64,000 nucleotides of DNA from Felis catus (lineage: Eukaryota): assembly GCF_018350175.1 (NCBI RefSeq), contig NC_058368.1, positions 46,254,001 through 46,318,000 of the forward strand, given 5' to 3'. The first letter of the stretch is position 1; each line of letters opens with the position of its first letter. The notes beneath the pieces were generated by a model, which worked only from the letters and a program-made list of their open reading frames with translations, made no database searches and was not told the origin of the DNA. This document shows, piece after piece, positions 37,301 to 49,360 of the stretch. The position numbers and the translations under genes were made by a program.

Positions 37301-37656
37301 ATGACATCATATCCCATCCATCAGTTCTTTCAGGAGCACACTTGCCATCTGCTCAGCACACGTTGTAATAACTTATTAGACAAATTCACAGGGTAACAAT
37401 CTGTACAATGACACTGTTATCTTAATGCTGGCACATACTGAGATAACAACCACTGTTTCTCTGTCAGAGCACAGGGATTCTGCCCTCCAACTTTAAAACA
37501 GAAATTAGGACGCTATGGAAACTTTAAGTATATGGAAACTACAAGCATATGGGCAGAAACATTTTTCTCCATTGTAGGATCACAAATGAAACTCTCCTCA
37601 TAAGGAGGTCATTTCAATGGATGATCCCTGTTTAGGGTTTGTGAGCTGAAAATAAT

Positions 37657-37722
37657 TCTTCTTCTTCTTCTTCTTCTTCTTCTTCTTCTTCTTCTTCTTC
37701 TTCTTCTTCATTCATTCATTCA
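37657..37722. repeat. (TTC)n followed by (TTCA)n
   Basis: About 17 TTC units, then TTCA units; reads (GAA)n on the DACH1 sense strand. Confidence 0.95.
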
Positions 37723-39235
37723 TGCAGGAATCAGATATATAAGAAGTATGCCCCTGTACCCCACAGAAACTTAAAAATAATAACATTCATAATCACCAAG
37801 CAATAAAACTCAATACCTCCTTTCCACTTGCTAAAATAATATAATTACAATAATTTCCCAACCCATTCCAGATGACTACAACCTCTCTTATTTTTTTTTC
37901 TAAAGGCATTTAATTAGCAGAAAGAGGGTCTCGAAACATCTAGCTGACACTGCATACCTGCAACTCTAATAGGTCCTTTGGAAAAACCAAGGACAGTGTC
38001 CAAGATCACGTACCTATACCTTAGCAGCTTTTATCTGCAGCATGGAATTATTGGGCATGTTTAACGTAGCAGCCATCAAGGGTTAGAACCTTTCTTATGA
38101 CTTGATGAATCCCTGCACAACAATCGCTCTATCCATCCCTCAGCTTTAAAAATTATATATTTTTAGAGAAGAAGATGGTTTTTATTTCGCATTACATGAA
38201 ATTCATCCTCTGTTTCTTCTTTTGGCTTGTCATTTATTCCAGCTTACACTGTGATCAACATTGTACTAAAATAAAGTCAAGTACAACAGCCGCTCCCTGC
38301 CCATCAAAACGCACAGACGTCTGCCAAGCACTTGTAACAGCTGGTGTTACATTAATTAGTTTAAACTATTTATTTCATCCATCTCCAGAGCAGATTGAGC
38401 AAAAACATTAGAGATTATTCTAGCATCTGTAAGTGCCCTGCAAACATTAACCAAGGAAAGTTAGAATATTCATCGCTATCATATATACACATATACACAA
38501 ATATATATTTATATTCATGTATATAATTTAAGAATCTGAACAGTCATTATAAACGAGTAAACTCTATCATATCCTTAGTGAAGAGATGTTTTATTAACTG
38601 CCTTTACAAACATAAGTTTTCATCTTATATTCATCTTTTGTGTCCACAAAGTTTCTCTCTTTAAAAATTACCACTAGAAAGCGATAATAATTCCTGGCAG
38701 CATGGGCCATTAAACAATATATGACAGGGACTGGGTGACTCAGTGGATTAGTCACAGATTTTATGGCCACTGTTGGAATCCTGCCCTAACTACAGTGATC
38801 AAAACACTGTTATCAAATGGTTGTAAAAATCTCAATTAAAATTACTTCTATGGCCTCCACTAAGTTCTTAGCAAACTACATCCCATAACATGAATCTACA
38901 CGTTATTGACAAAATTAACTCAACTGCCACTTTTTGGCTTAAGAGAATTTAGAAATTAACTATCTAACTGACTCTTCAAGTAATGGTTGTCAACAGGGAC
39001 TTGTATTATAAATGTGTGTCCATTAAACACCTGTCAGTCTATGCTTTGGGTAGGACTTCTACATTTTTAAGTCTACATTATCTTTCACTATGCTTTTTCT
39101 AAAAACCAAATACATATGGATTAAACTAACATTAGATGCATCTGTTTATGAAAAACAAAACCATCCTGAAATATATGAAGACTAATTCACAAAAGTAGTG
39201 GTGGAGAATAATCAGGATTTAAAAATTTTTGTTGA

Positions 39236-39428
39236 GGGGAGCTTGGGTGGCTCAGTCAGTTAAACATCTGACTCTTGACTTTGGTTCAGGTCAAGATCTC
39301 AAGGTGGTGATTTCTTGGCCCTGGGCTTGAAGCCAGCTTAAGATTCTCTCTCTGCCTTTCTCCCCTGTACCTCCCCTGCTCACGTGTGTAGGAATAAAAT
39401 AACAAAAAATTAAAAATTTAAAAAACAG
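39236..39428 (+). mobile_element. Can-SINE, internally deleted
   Basis: Head ggggagcttgggtggctcagtc and shortened body; TSD-like AAATTTTTGTTGA on both sides. Confidence 0.85.
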
Positions 39429-40068
39429 AAATTTTTGTTGAATATCAAAATAGTCCTGTGTAAATTCCCTCAAGGTTGTTGATTTCCAAAGCAATTTGTT
39501 TTACTCCACCTAAAGCAATACCATGAATGATATTTGACATATGACTTTTTAACTAAAGGCAAACAAAAAGGTCTACATGATAGATAGAAAACAAACATTT
39601 AGGAAATATTCTGATCTTCAGCGAAGAAAAGTAAAAAGAAGTAAAGAGCATTAGGGAAAACTATATTGGATACCTTGGCAAAAGTTTCCCACATCAACAG
39701 CCAGAAGTCCTGAAGCAATACTCATTATTCCTAGAGTTAAAAGCTTTCACTGTTTTAACCTTACTCAGGTCAAAAATCAATCTCTATAAAGGAAATTAAT
39801 TTTACTCCTTGGCATTATATTTTCCTATAGTAAATGCAAAAAAATAGTATAACAAAAATTTAATGCAATATAATTCTATTTAGATTTATCTTAGATTGAA
39901 ATAACCCAGATGTTGAATTTTGAGATTAAGGGAACTATTAAAATGCATCCTTATGGTCGGTCACATTGTCTACTCCTCTATATTGTGTCTTTTACCTACG
40001 GGGATTTAGCTTAGTTACCTATGTTGGTTTCTGGACGATTTAGTCATTACTACAGGACTGTCATTGAC

Positions 40069-40429
40069 TGTTACAGAGCTGTGTCTCCCCAAAATTCATA
40101 TGCTGACGCCCTAATCTCCATTGTGACTGTATTTGGAGATAACTAAGGTTAAATGAGATCACACGGGTGGGGCTCTTATCCGATTGAGCTGGTGCCCTCA
40201 TAAGAGGAGGAAGAAATGCCAGGGATGCCAGCACAGAGGAAAGGCCATGTGAGGACATAGTGAGAAGGCGGTGTCTGTAAGCCAAGGAGACTCAGCTTTC
40301 AGGAAAAACTAAACTGCCACAGCCTGATTTTGAACCTCTGGTTGCCATAACTGTAAGAGAGTAAATTTCTATTGTTGAAGCCACCCAGTCTGTCGTATTT
40401 TGTTCTGGGAGTCCTAGCAAATGGACACA
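40069..40429 (+). mobile_element. MaLR solo LTR (MLT1A/B-like)
   Basis: gtgtctccccaaaattcatatgctga...gtgactgtatttggagat...aaggccatgtgaggaca...gccacccagtctg...; TG...CA ends. Confidence 0.88.
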
Positions 40430-40534
40430 GGGACCTACAGCACAGATACTGGAAACCATCATAGAGTGAGGTATTCATGTCTCCCATTCTACAGTGCCCC
40501 TTAATTAGTGATCATGGTAAACAGTGTCCCATTT

Positions 40535-40710
40535 GTTCCTTATAGCAACCCTGTGAGGGATGAGATATTCCCCACTTTCAACACCAGAAGTCTGGGCTTG
40601 TGGAGTTTAACTGGCTTGCACCAAAGCAGATCACTACTAAGTTATAATTGTGGTCTTGTACCCAGACTTCTGAATCAAATTCCAAATTATCAACACTCTG
40701 TCCTAGACCA
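40535..40710 (-). mobile_element. MIR fragment
   Basis: ccttatagcaaccctgtgagg...attccccactttc...tggcttgcaccaaag...acccagacttctgaatc. Confidence 0.5.
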
Positions 40711-40849
40711 TGGGTCTTTGACCTTTGTTTTTAATAAATAATCAATTTTCAAATTTTAGAACCTTTCAGATCCCTGAGAGATGAAATGCTGACAAAGGTG
40801 AGCGAAGTACAATATTTTAGGGAAAAAGTTCAGAAAAGACAACATCATG

Positions 40850-41141
40850 TTTCTGGTCAGACATAGCCTGTGAGCAATGCTTTTCACATTTTGAAATTAT
40901 TGAAAAAATAAAATAAAAAGAAGAAGAATATTTGTAACACCTAAAAATTATATAAAAGTCAAATTTCAGTGTCCATAAAGTTTTATTGGAACAGAGCCAC
41001 AATCATTCATTTGTATATAATCTGTGGCTGCTTTGGAACTCTTAACAGTAGATCTGAGGAGTTGTGACAGAGACCATATGGCCCCCAAAGCCTAAAATAT
41101 TTACTATCTGGCCTTTAACAGAGAAAGTTTGCTGACTTCTG
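40850..41141. mobile_element. hAT-Charlie DNA transposon fragment (MER58B-like)
   Basis: aaatttcagtgtccataaagttttattggaac...agagaccatatggccc...aagcctaaaatatttactatctggccttta...aaagtttgctgacttctg (MER58-type terminus). Confidence 0.82.
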
Positions 41142-41739
41142 TTTTATCCAAGAGGATTAGTAGCATCCTTTATTATAATTGTTTCAAATAGTCTAGCTCT
41201 GGTTTTTCCAGGGAGCCTATTTAACCCATAACAAATTTATAGAGTATCACTAATGAGCTGATAGGATTCTTTCAATTAGCTCTAACCTATATTTATTATG
41301 TTATTCCACGGGGGAAAAGGATGTTTCAACTTTCAAACAACTCACATGTGAATTTTTGGAACATAACCTGGTGGCAAATTTGTGGTTACCTGGTTCAGAG
41401 ATGATTGATGATGAAGAAAGATGAAAAAATAGTCGCCCATGTCTATTACATTATTCAATTATTCCTACAACTTCTCCCTCCAGCAGAAACTTATTATTCC
41501 CGTTTTTCACATTTGGAAAACGAGCATTAATGTAGCTAAGGAACCATCACAATTTAATAGCATATACTATGTCGAGTGGGAGGTGAAATCGAAGTTTCCC
41601 TACATCTAGGGCTCACGCTTCCAACTGTTATGCTCTACCGTCTCCAGTAATTTCCTTTAGGTAAGTATTATTTCTGTTCATATTTTAACATTTTTATTAA
41701 CAGACTGTTCTAAAAATAACATAAGAACAAAACATTTCA

Positions 41740-41949
41740 TTTTTAATTTTTTTTAAGTTTATGTATTTGTTTTGAGAGAGAGAGAGAAAGAGAGACAGCG
41801 AGGAAGGGGCAGAGAGAGACTCCAAAGGAGACTCTGTGCTGTCAGCACTGAGCCCAATACAGGGCTTGAACTCTCGAACCATGAGATCATGACCTGAGTA
41901 GAAGTCAAGAGTCAGACGTGCTTACCCAACTGAGCCACCTAGCTGCCCC
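41740..41949 (-). mobile_element. Can-SINE
   Basis: Reverse-oriented, ends tgagccacctagctgcccc. Confidence 0.9.
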
Positions 41950-42222
41950 CAAAACAAAGAATTTTAAAGCTTTTGTTAAAGAAATACTAGATTCAAAATA
42001 TATAAAAGCAATATTTCTGAGGACTGTGTAATACTTTAGCAATAATGTTTCAGATCATTTATTGTTCAAATTTTTCGGTCCTAATCAATATAGCCTACGT
42101 GAATGTGCAGGATTAAACACTGGCACAGGAATTGATATACCGTTAAATTAGCAAATTTATCAGGCCACCACATCACCATTATTTATCATTCATAATATTT
42201 CCATTAATAAAAGGATTTCAGT

Positions 42223-42388
42223 GAGGTGCCTGGGTGGCTCAGTTGGTTAAGCGTCCAACTCTTAATTTTGGCTCAAGTTTCAATCTCACGGTTATGAGAT
42301 TGAGCCCTGCCTGCATCAGGCCTCACGGAGCCTGCTTAAGATTCTCTCTCTCCTTCTCCCTCTGCCCCTCTCTCACTCTTTCCCTCAG
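42223..42388 (+). mobile_element. Can-SINE whose tail expanded into (GGAAA)n
   Basis: Head ggtgcctgggtggctcagttggttaagcg; TSD-like AAAGGATTTCAG (42210-42221) and AAAGGATTTTAG (42641-42652). Confidence 0.88.
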
Positions 42389-42645
42389 AAAGAAAGAAAG
42401 AAAGAAAAGAAAAGGAAAGGAAAGAAAAGGAAAGAAAAGGGAAGGAAAGAAAAGAAAAGACAAGGAAAGGAAAGGAAAGGAAAGGAAAGGAAAGGAAAGG
42501 AAAGGAAAGGAAAGGAAAGAAAAGGAAAGGAAAGGAAAGGAAAGGAAAGGAAAGGAAAGAAAAGGGAAGGAAAGAAAAGGGAAGGAAAGGAAAGGAAAGG
42601 AAAGGAAAGGAAAGGAAAGGAAAGGAAAGGAAAGGAAAGGAAAGG
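42389..42645. repeat. (GAAA)n grading into a (GGAAA)n pentanucleotide array, about 255 bp
   Basis: Almost pure polypurine tract; source of the spurious ORFs 42234..42668 and 42323..42655. Confidence 0.97.
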
Positions 42646-43584
42646 ATTTTAGCAATAAATTGAAATAACGTTAAAGGTATGGTAAGGCAATTTAGAGAGA
42701 AAAGACACGAGAGGAAGGCAATCGGGTTTCTTCCTGATTATGTCATCCTCAAGCTCTGAATCTCAATCAACTATGAATCCTCTCTAACCTCCATTTCATC
42801 ATCATTAGAATGTAGATAAAATAGTACCAATTGCAGAAGAGTATTGTTAGGATTATATGTGATAATGCCGTGCCATCACAGCACAAGCTTATGAGGCCCC
42901 AGAGGAAAAAACTGTCCCGTAGGTGGAAAACACAGAGATAAGTTGAAGCTTATCCCCAAAAGTGTAAACAAGAATTTAGGGAAGGTGAAAGAAAAAAGAA
43001 TTTTGAGGGAAAATTAAAGTAGGTAATTATACATAAGATTGAAAGGACAAGTGAACAAGGCTTCAGAAATCTAGTACAAATATACACAAAAGAAGAAAAT
43101 GGTAGGAATACAAGATTGATTGTAACAAAAAATAACTAGTTTAAAATATATAAAGATTGGATGATATATACAGAAAAATTATGTTAAACAATTATATATA
43201 AAATCAGAGAACATGTATCAGGGAATAGTTCATCCAAGGAAGACAATCAGACTTAAAAGGAAATTGAAATAATAGGAGTTTGTCTCTAACACAAGGAAGC
43301 ATATAAAACTACAGAGATCCATTCATTTGAAGTAAGGAGAGAAAATTAAAATCAGTATTATAGCATTTATCCCAATAATATAACATTGGAGGAGTTGGTT
43401 CGGTAAAGAGGTAAATTGGCAAGCATGTATTCAGGCAAAAAAAGATATTTTTACGAGTGGGGTATATACACATACTCTCTTCCCCACTTGTGAAGCATGT
43501 ATACATTGAAGCTAAGTCATTTCCAAGCTCTGGCTATATGGGTCCAGGGAACATGTCTGTCTTAGTCATTCTGTTAAATAAATG

Positions 43585-44055
43585 GCATCGTGTTAGGAGC
43601 ATGAACTCTGGAGGGAAACTGATGGGACTCAGTCCCCAGACCTGTCAGCTACCCACTAGCCACGTGACCTGGGACCCCGTCTTATTCATCTCCTCTGTAA
43701 AATGGAGATAATAATAATCTCCACAGAAGCGTCTGGGTGGCTCAGTCAGTTAAGCGTCTGACTTCGGCTCAGGTCATGATCTCGCAGTTTGTGAGTTTGA
43801 GTCCCACGTTGGGATCTGTGCTGACAGCTCTGAGTCTGAAGCCTGCTTCGGATTCTATGACTCCCTCTCTCTCTGCCCCTCCCCTGCTCACACTCTGTCT
43901 CTGTCTCTCAAAAAATAAATAAATGTTAAACAATTTTTTTAAATAATAAAAAAATAATAGTAATCCATAAAAGTTGCCATGAGGGCCAAGTTATTATACC
44001 TTTAGTATTGAGAACAATACTTGGCATATAGGATGTACTATGTAAAAGTTTGCTG
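43585..44055 (+). mobile_element. MIR interrupted by a Can-SINE
   Basis: cactagccacgtgacctggg...tcctctgtaaaatggagataataataat before the SINE; agaacaatacttggcatatagg after it. Confidence 0.7.
43726..43955 (+). mobile_element. Can-SINE
   Basis: ctgggtggctcagtcagttaagcgtctgacttcggctcagg..., (CT)n, AATAAA tail. Confidence 0.92.
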
Positions 44056-47000
44056 GGATTAGTAAGTCTTTTGCAAACAAATGGGTGGGCAGAAATGATA
44101 CTATTGTTTCTTTTTTTTTTTCTAAAACAGGTTATGACTCTCCCATATTTAATATATATATGAATCTGAATATAGATATATATAGATTAGATAATAGATA
44201 TAGGTATATAAATGCATGCAGATTTATTATAGCTTTAAATCTCATTTGTATCTAATACAAGTTCAATGAGAATTAAAAATATTAAACCTATTTTAAAACA
44301 CACTTTGAAGCCTCCTCTTGGGGGAAAAAAGCTCAATGATAATCTTTTAATCTTTCAAACTCAAGGAAAACTATTGTTTATATAGGCTCTCTTGTAAGCA
44401 GACACAACATTTGTTGACATTCTGAAGCCATAATCCATCATTTTCATCTCTTCATGGTTGACTCCTCATGTTTTTCTTCACCCAGAAAGTTAAGTAATCA
44501 CCTGATGCCAAAGTAGCAGATAAAAATGCCAAATCACATGTGATCAGCTTCTACAGGATATTTAACCCCACCTCCCCTCTCCAATGGTCTGCAGAGGAAG
44601 AGTCTCTCACTTAAACTTAGTTTAGCACTTCGCCACCATACTGTCCTTATTAATAACAACAAAATCCATTTAAAGCTTAAAAAATGTTAATACTTTAATT
44701 TCAAGAGAGCTTAAAGTTCACATTTTCTTCTCATTTCAAAAGTCATTGTTTTGTTGGTATTTATAGCACAATAGAATTTATCATGTGACATTTCCAGGAA
44801 ACTGCAAGCTACTACAGTGTAACAACCAAATTCAAATTGTTCTACTGTGTGGAAGAAGCTGGATTGTTCCAAATAACGAATGGAACATAAAGCATATTGA
44901 CCATAGAATTGTGGTCAACGTATACAGTATTCAGAAGCAGGGCACTATCAAGATCTGCTAATATAAATAATTATTTGTTTCACAGGCAAGACATGCCTAC
45001 AAAGTACGTGAGGACAAGAACACCCTGGGAGACATCCTGGGAGCTTTTCCAAACCGGTACCTTCACATGGAACTACAAATCTTAGAAGCACCTAGAGAAC
45101 GGGAGTGAGGCTTATGGACTGTAATTCAAAAAAGTGCCTCTAGTTCCCCTATGGCCCTTCCCACTACTTGCCCCCTTCTTGAAAATCACTTTCTAACTAT
45201 TTTGATGAGAGTACCACTTTGGCCCCAGATAATGCACCTTATTCCTTTCAAAAATCAAGATCCAAAGCAAATATATTGATGTCTTATAACTTACCAAATA
45301 AATATGTAAAATCTTTAGCTTATTAAATGAAATTCACTGTAATCTCTTTTTCATGGCACAGTACCATTAAGATCAGTAATAACCATATTTTATTATTCTT
45401 TTATTCCTCCATGATATAACTTACGATGTTTAGCCCATTTGATAGTCTTACGGATGAAAAGTTCATTCCAAAGGTTGAATGTGGCAGGGACTTCCTTATT
45501 CTAAAACTATATACTATTTCACTTGCTGATGAAATTGTTTGCTGATTGACCTGAATTTTTTTTCTTTTCTACCTAAAAGTTAACTGTTAAACTTTGCTAC
45601 AAAACCCTTTGTTCTTATTGAAGTCACTTTGCTTGTCTCTCCTACTGTAAGGACACCAAATCCTAAAAGCTGGCAAGAATGCATATGTTTATTTCACCAT
45701 TGCTCTGCAATTACTGAATGCCACTTAATTATAGCAACAGATGCTCGAGTGTAGGAACCAGAAAAATCAAACGCCTCATTTCCAGGTTATTTTTTTCCAT
45801 TGCTTCTGCCAACAGCAGATGTGTGAGCCCCTTGTGCTCTGGCGTAAATACTTATCAAATCCTAACAGGTCACCTATGTCACAAACAACATTTCAGATGC
45901 AACTGTTTCACCTGATAATAGGCTCTGAAAATAAAACTGTGAGCTGTAAATACAACGTATTCAGAATGAAATGCCATAATGTGAAATTGCTTTTTCTCTA
46001 GCTACAACTGAAGTCCTTGACAGTTTTTGGCAGTGATAAATCACCCTCCCATTAATTGTCTTCTCTCTCATTGTGAGGTGAGCTGCTAAAAGGGGCAGTC
46101 AACAAAAATGACTTAAAGGACAAATTTTGGCAAAAAGACAATGAAGAAATCTGTCATTCCTCAGCCTCCAGTAAACTGTCGTGAAACAATCAAAATATAT
46201 GTAGCTGAAGCGTTTATGTCTTTGTTACGAAGATTATGGAATGATAAGTTTCTGTTATAGGAGAGGAAGGAAAGGACCCAGAGAAACTTAAATTGTGGAT
46301 CCTTGACACCCTCCTCCAAGTGATTTTTCTCCTCTAAGACGCATTACCGTCTCTTAGATATGAACATTTTTCTCATCTATTCAGATTCACACTCTGACCT
46401 GGAATAAATGAAAAGTTCCCCAATGTGTGATCACAAGTTATAAAATCTTGTTAACGTCATTTTGAATTGGGTATAAATTTAATTTTTAAAAATTAATTTC
46501 AGGAATTCTTGAATAATATACTTTGCTATAAAACAGGGAAAATAACTCATACTATTCTACATCCAGAAGTATGTTTGCCACCAGTAGACAATTTAATATT
46601 ACCATATGCAGTATGAGAAAATTATATGTTACTACAGTGCCTGTCAAATGCACCATTTACATTTTAGTTTATATTCAGCAGTAGTAAGTAAAGCTGCATC
46701 AAAACTGGACCCATTGCTGTTCCTGCATGAAAAGTGTTCATATTTTCTTCATGTAATTGATGTGTTGCTTAAGTTGCTAAATCTCAAGTCTAATTGAACA
46801 AGAACCCTAAATCTAAATGGTGCCATTTTTAGGAATGTACCCAGTCAACCCTCTTCAAACAGCAATAACATATTTGAAAGAGATACAGAGGCAAAATGTT
46901 AGGACCACAATTACTACATGGGGCAGGATAATTCAAATTAAACGAAAACTCTAAAAGGTAAAGCACACGGTCAAGAATCCTTATGCAATACAATCGAGTA

Positions 47001-49189
47001 TCCTGAAGCCTGATTGGTATATTTCATGTCAACAATTTTTTTCTAGAAAAATCTGAAATAACTTTACAAATTATTTATGGGTATTTCAATTAATACAGGA
47101 AATCACTGAGTCAGTAACTCTAAAAGGAATGGTTCAATATATCAACAGTGTTCTTGCTAATAGATAGATGTCTCTGGTTTGCATTAAATGGGGTGAAATA
47201 AAGAAGTGGTATTTTGGTACTTTAACAATGTAATTCAATAAAGAGCCCAAGTTAAATAAGGAAAACTTAAAATTACCCCACGTCCTATTTTGTAGCTCAA
47301 ATGGAATGTTATCTGAATATTAATACATATAGTTTATCGACTATGACATTAAAACATCTTTTGAATGACAGAAATAAAAATTAAGGGATTGATTTTTTTT
47401 CTTTTCTTTTTTGGTGATCCGCCAGTTTGAGAGCTTACTGAGAGCATATGTAGATAGCATATTTGCAAGTCCATCTCTGGAGGATTGCAAAAGGCCCTTA
47501 GCTTGTGAAAAACAGCAATGTTATTTTTTTTTAACGTTCCCTATATTTAGAGATTAAATCGCTCACTGCACAAACCCATTTGGAACAGGCGCGAAGGTGA
47601 AAAGGATAATCAGTACAGTCACTGGTCCGTGTTTCCTAAACGCTTTTGAAAACATTACTGTGCGCAGGCATAAAATTAGCGGCAGGACCTTAAAAAGGCT
47701 GGCATTTAGCATGACTTTTTGGAAAGTGACACCCTCATTTTTTTCTTGTAGGATATCATTAAATTTCAATCGCCCTATGGCAGTGCCTTTCCATTAATAA
47801 CCAATTCACTGTGTCACTTTGGCTCTCCTTTGAAATAATGAGCCTTTGCTTCGCTTTAATAAATTTAAACATATTCTCAAGGCCAGGGAAGATAGGAAAC
47901 CGCAGATGGGCTGAGAAAAACACGATTCATAAATCCTTAACTGCCTGAGATCGTTGAGAGCAAAACAAAGTAACACTCGTAAAATATTAAACAATCCCAG
48001 CTGTATGAGGGAAGCTTCATTAACAAAAATGGACTATTTACAGCCTTGCTCAGAGCCTGTGGGTGGAGAGAGTCAAAGAAATCTTTAAAAAAAAAAAATT
48101 CCACCGCCATTTCTTGTTGTGATTCCTTAACCAATTAATGGAACAATGAAAATATTATCTGGAAAGTCCGGCTGCCAAGAATTAATAAATATTATTCAAA
48201 ATCCTATAAATTATTTTTCTTATTGATACATTTTACTTAAAAAGTAATGAATAAAAGTCTGCCATTTTTCTTCTTGGAAATACTTCCAGAATTTGGAAGT
48301 TATGGAAGGCATGATGACTGCCTAAGTACTCAAAACGAAGTGATAATAATGAGCAACACGAACATCCTTATACAGATGGTTTCTGAAGTATATGTCAGAC
48401 TGGAAGCCATTGGTTACTTCCTTTTGCTTTTGTATCTGTATCTTGTTATCCACTTAATTGTCTAAGACCTAAGACATTTTCTAACATTGAGGTTATCAAA
48501 ACCTCTAAGATTAATAGTATATTTGGAATCACATTTAAAGGTTGGAAATTTGGTGCAAAGATCCTAAAATAACAGATGGAAATTATGAGATATCATCATC
48601 AAGGGCAACATTTTAAATGCCCTGCTTCAAAATCAAGTCCCGCTTGCTGGTGGTATACAAGTTTGAAGAACCAAGAGATCAATGTCAGTCTGTTAAATGC
48701 TAAGAACTTAGAAGCTCTAACCTTAAAGACAAGCTGACAATTTAGTGGACAGAATGTCAATACTTCTAACCATTTCAAGGGCAAAAATATTGCTTTATAC
48801 AATCTGTGTCACATTTGTTGCAAGAAAAGAATTTAGATTTTTCTTCTGTATTCTGTCAGCACTTTTCCTTTTATTATACAGAGATACATAATTAAGGAGT
48901 TCAATATGGAATAATGCAGAGGCTGACCCTTTTAACAATACAAGCCAGTCTTGTGATACTACATGCTAAAACACAAGAAAAATGCAAACACACTCATCCT
49001 TTCAAGCACTCTATATTATACTAACTGAGTCCTTCTTTATATGGATAAAATTTCAGAATATGTGAACAAACACTTGAATAAATAAGGTCTTTTTTCTCAT
49101 CATTAGCAGTTCCATTTTCTTATCATATCATCAAGGAAGCAAATAATTGGCGATATGGTTCCCAAAAGATAACCTATGTTGAAAAGTAG

Positions 49190-49360
49190 TATCAGATTCA
49201 GTTTAAGATCACAAATACTGACTCCACATGCTGCCTGCACATGCATTTCTTAATCTGTACAATGGGATAAATACTAATATCATCTATCTCCAAAAGTCAT
49301 TTTAGAACTAAGCAAGTTGGTACACATCAACTTTAAATAGTGCCTGACACATAGTAAAGC
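49190..49360 (+). mobile_element. MIR fragment
   Basis: tttcttaatctgtacaatgggataa...atagtgcctgacacatagtaa. Confidence 0.55.

Noticed and set aside
42234..42668. 144-aa Lys/Arg-rich ORF and its 110-aa antisense ORF
   Set aside because: Translation of a SINE plus the (GGAAA)n microsatellite; an artefact of a stop-free repeat.
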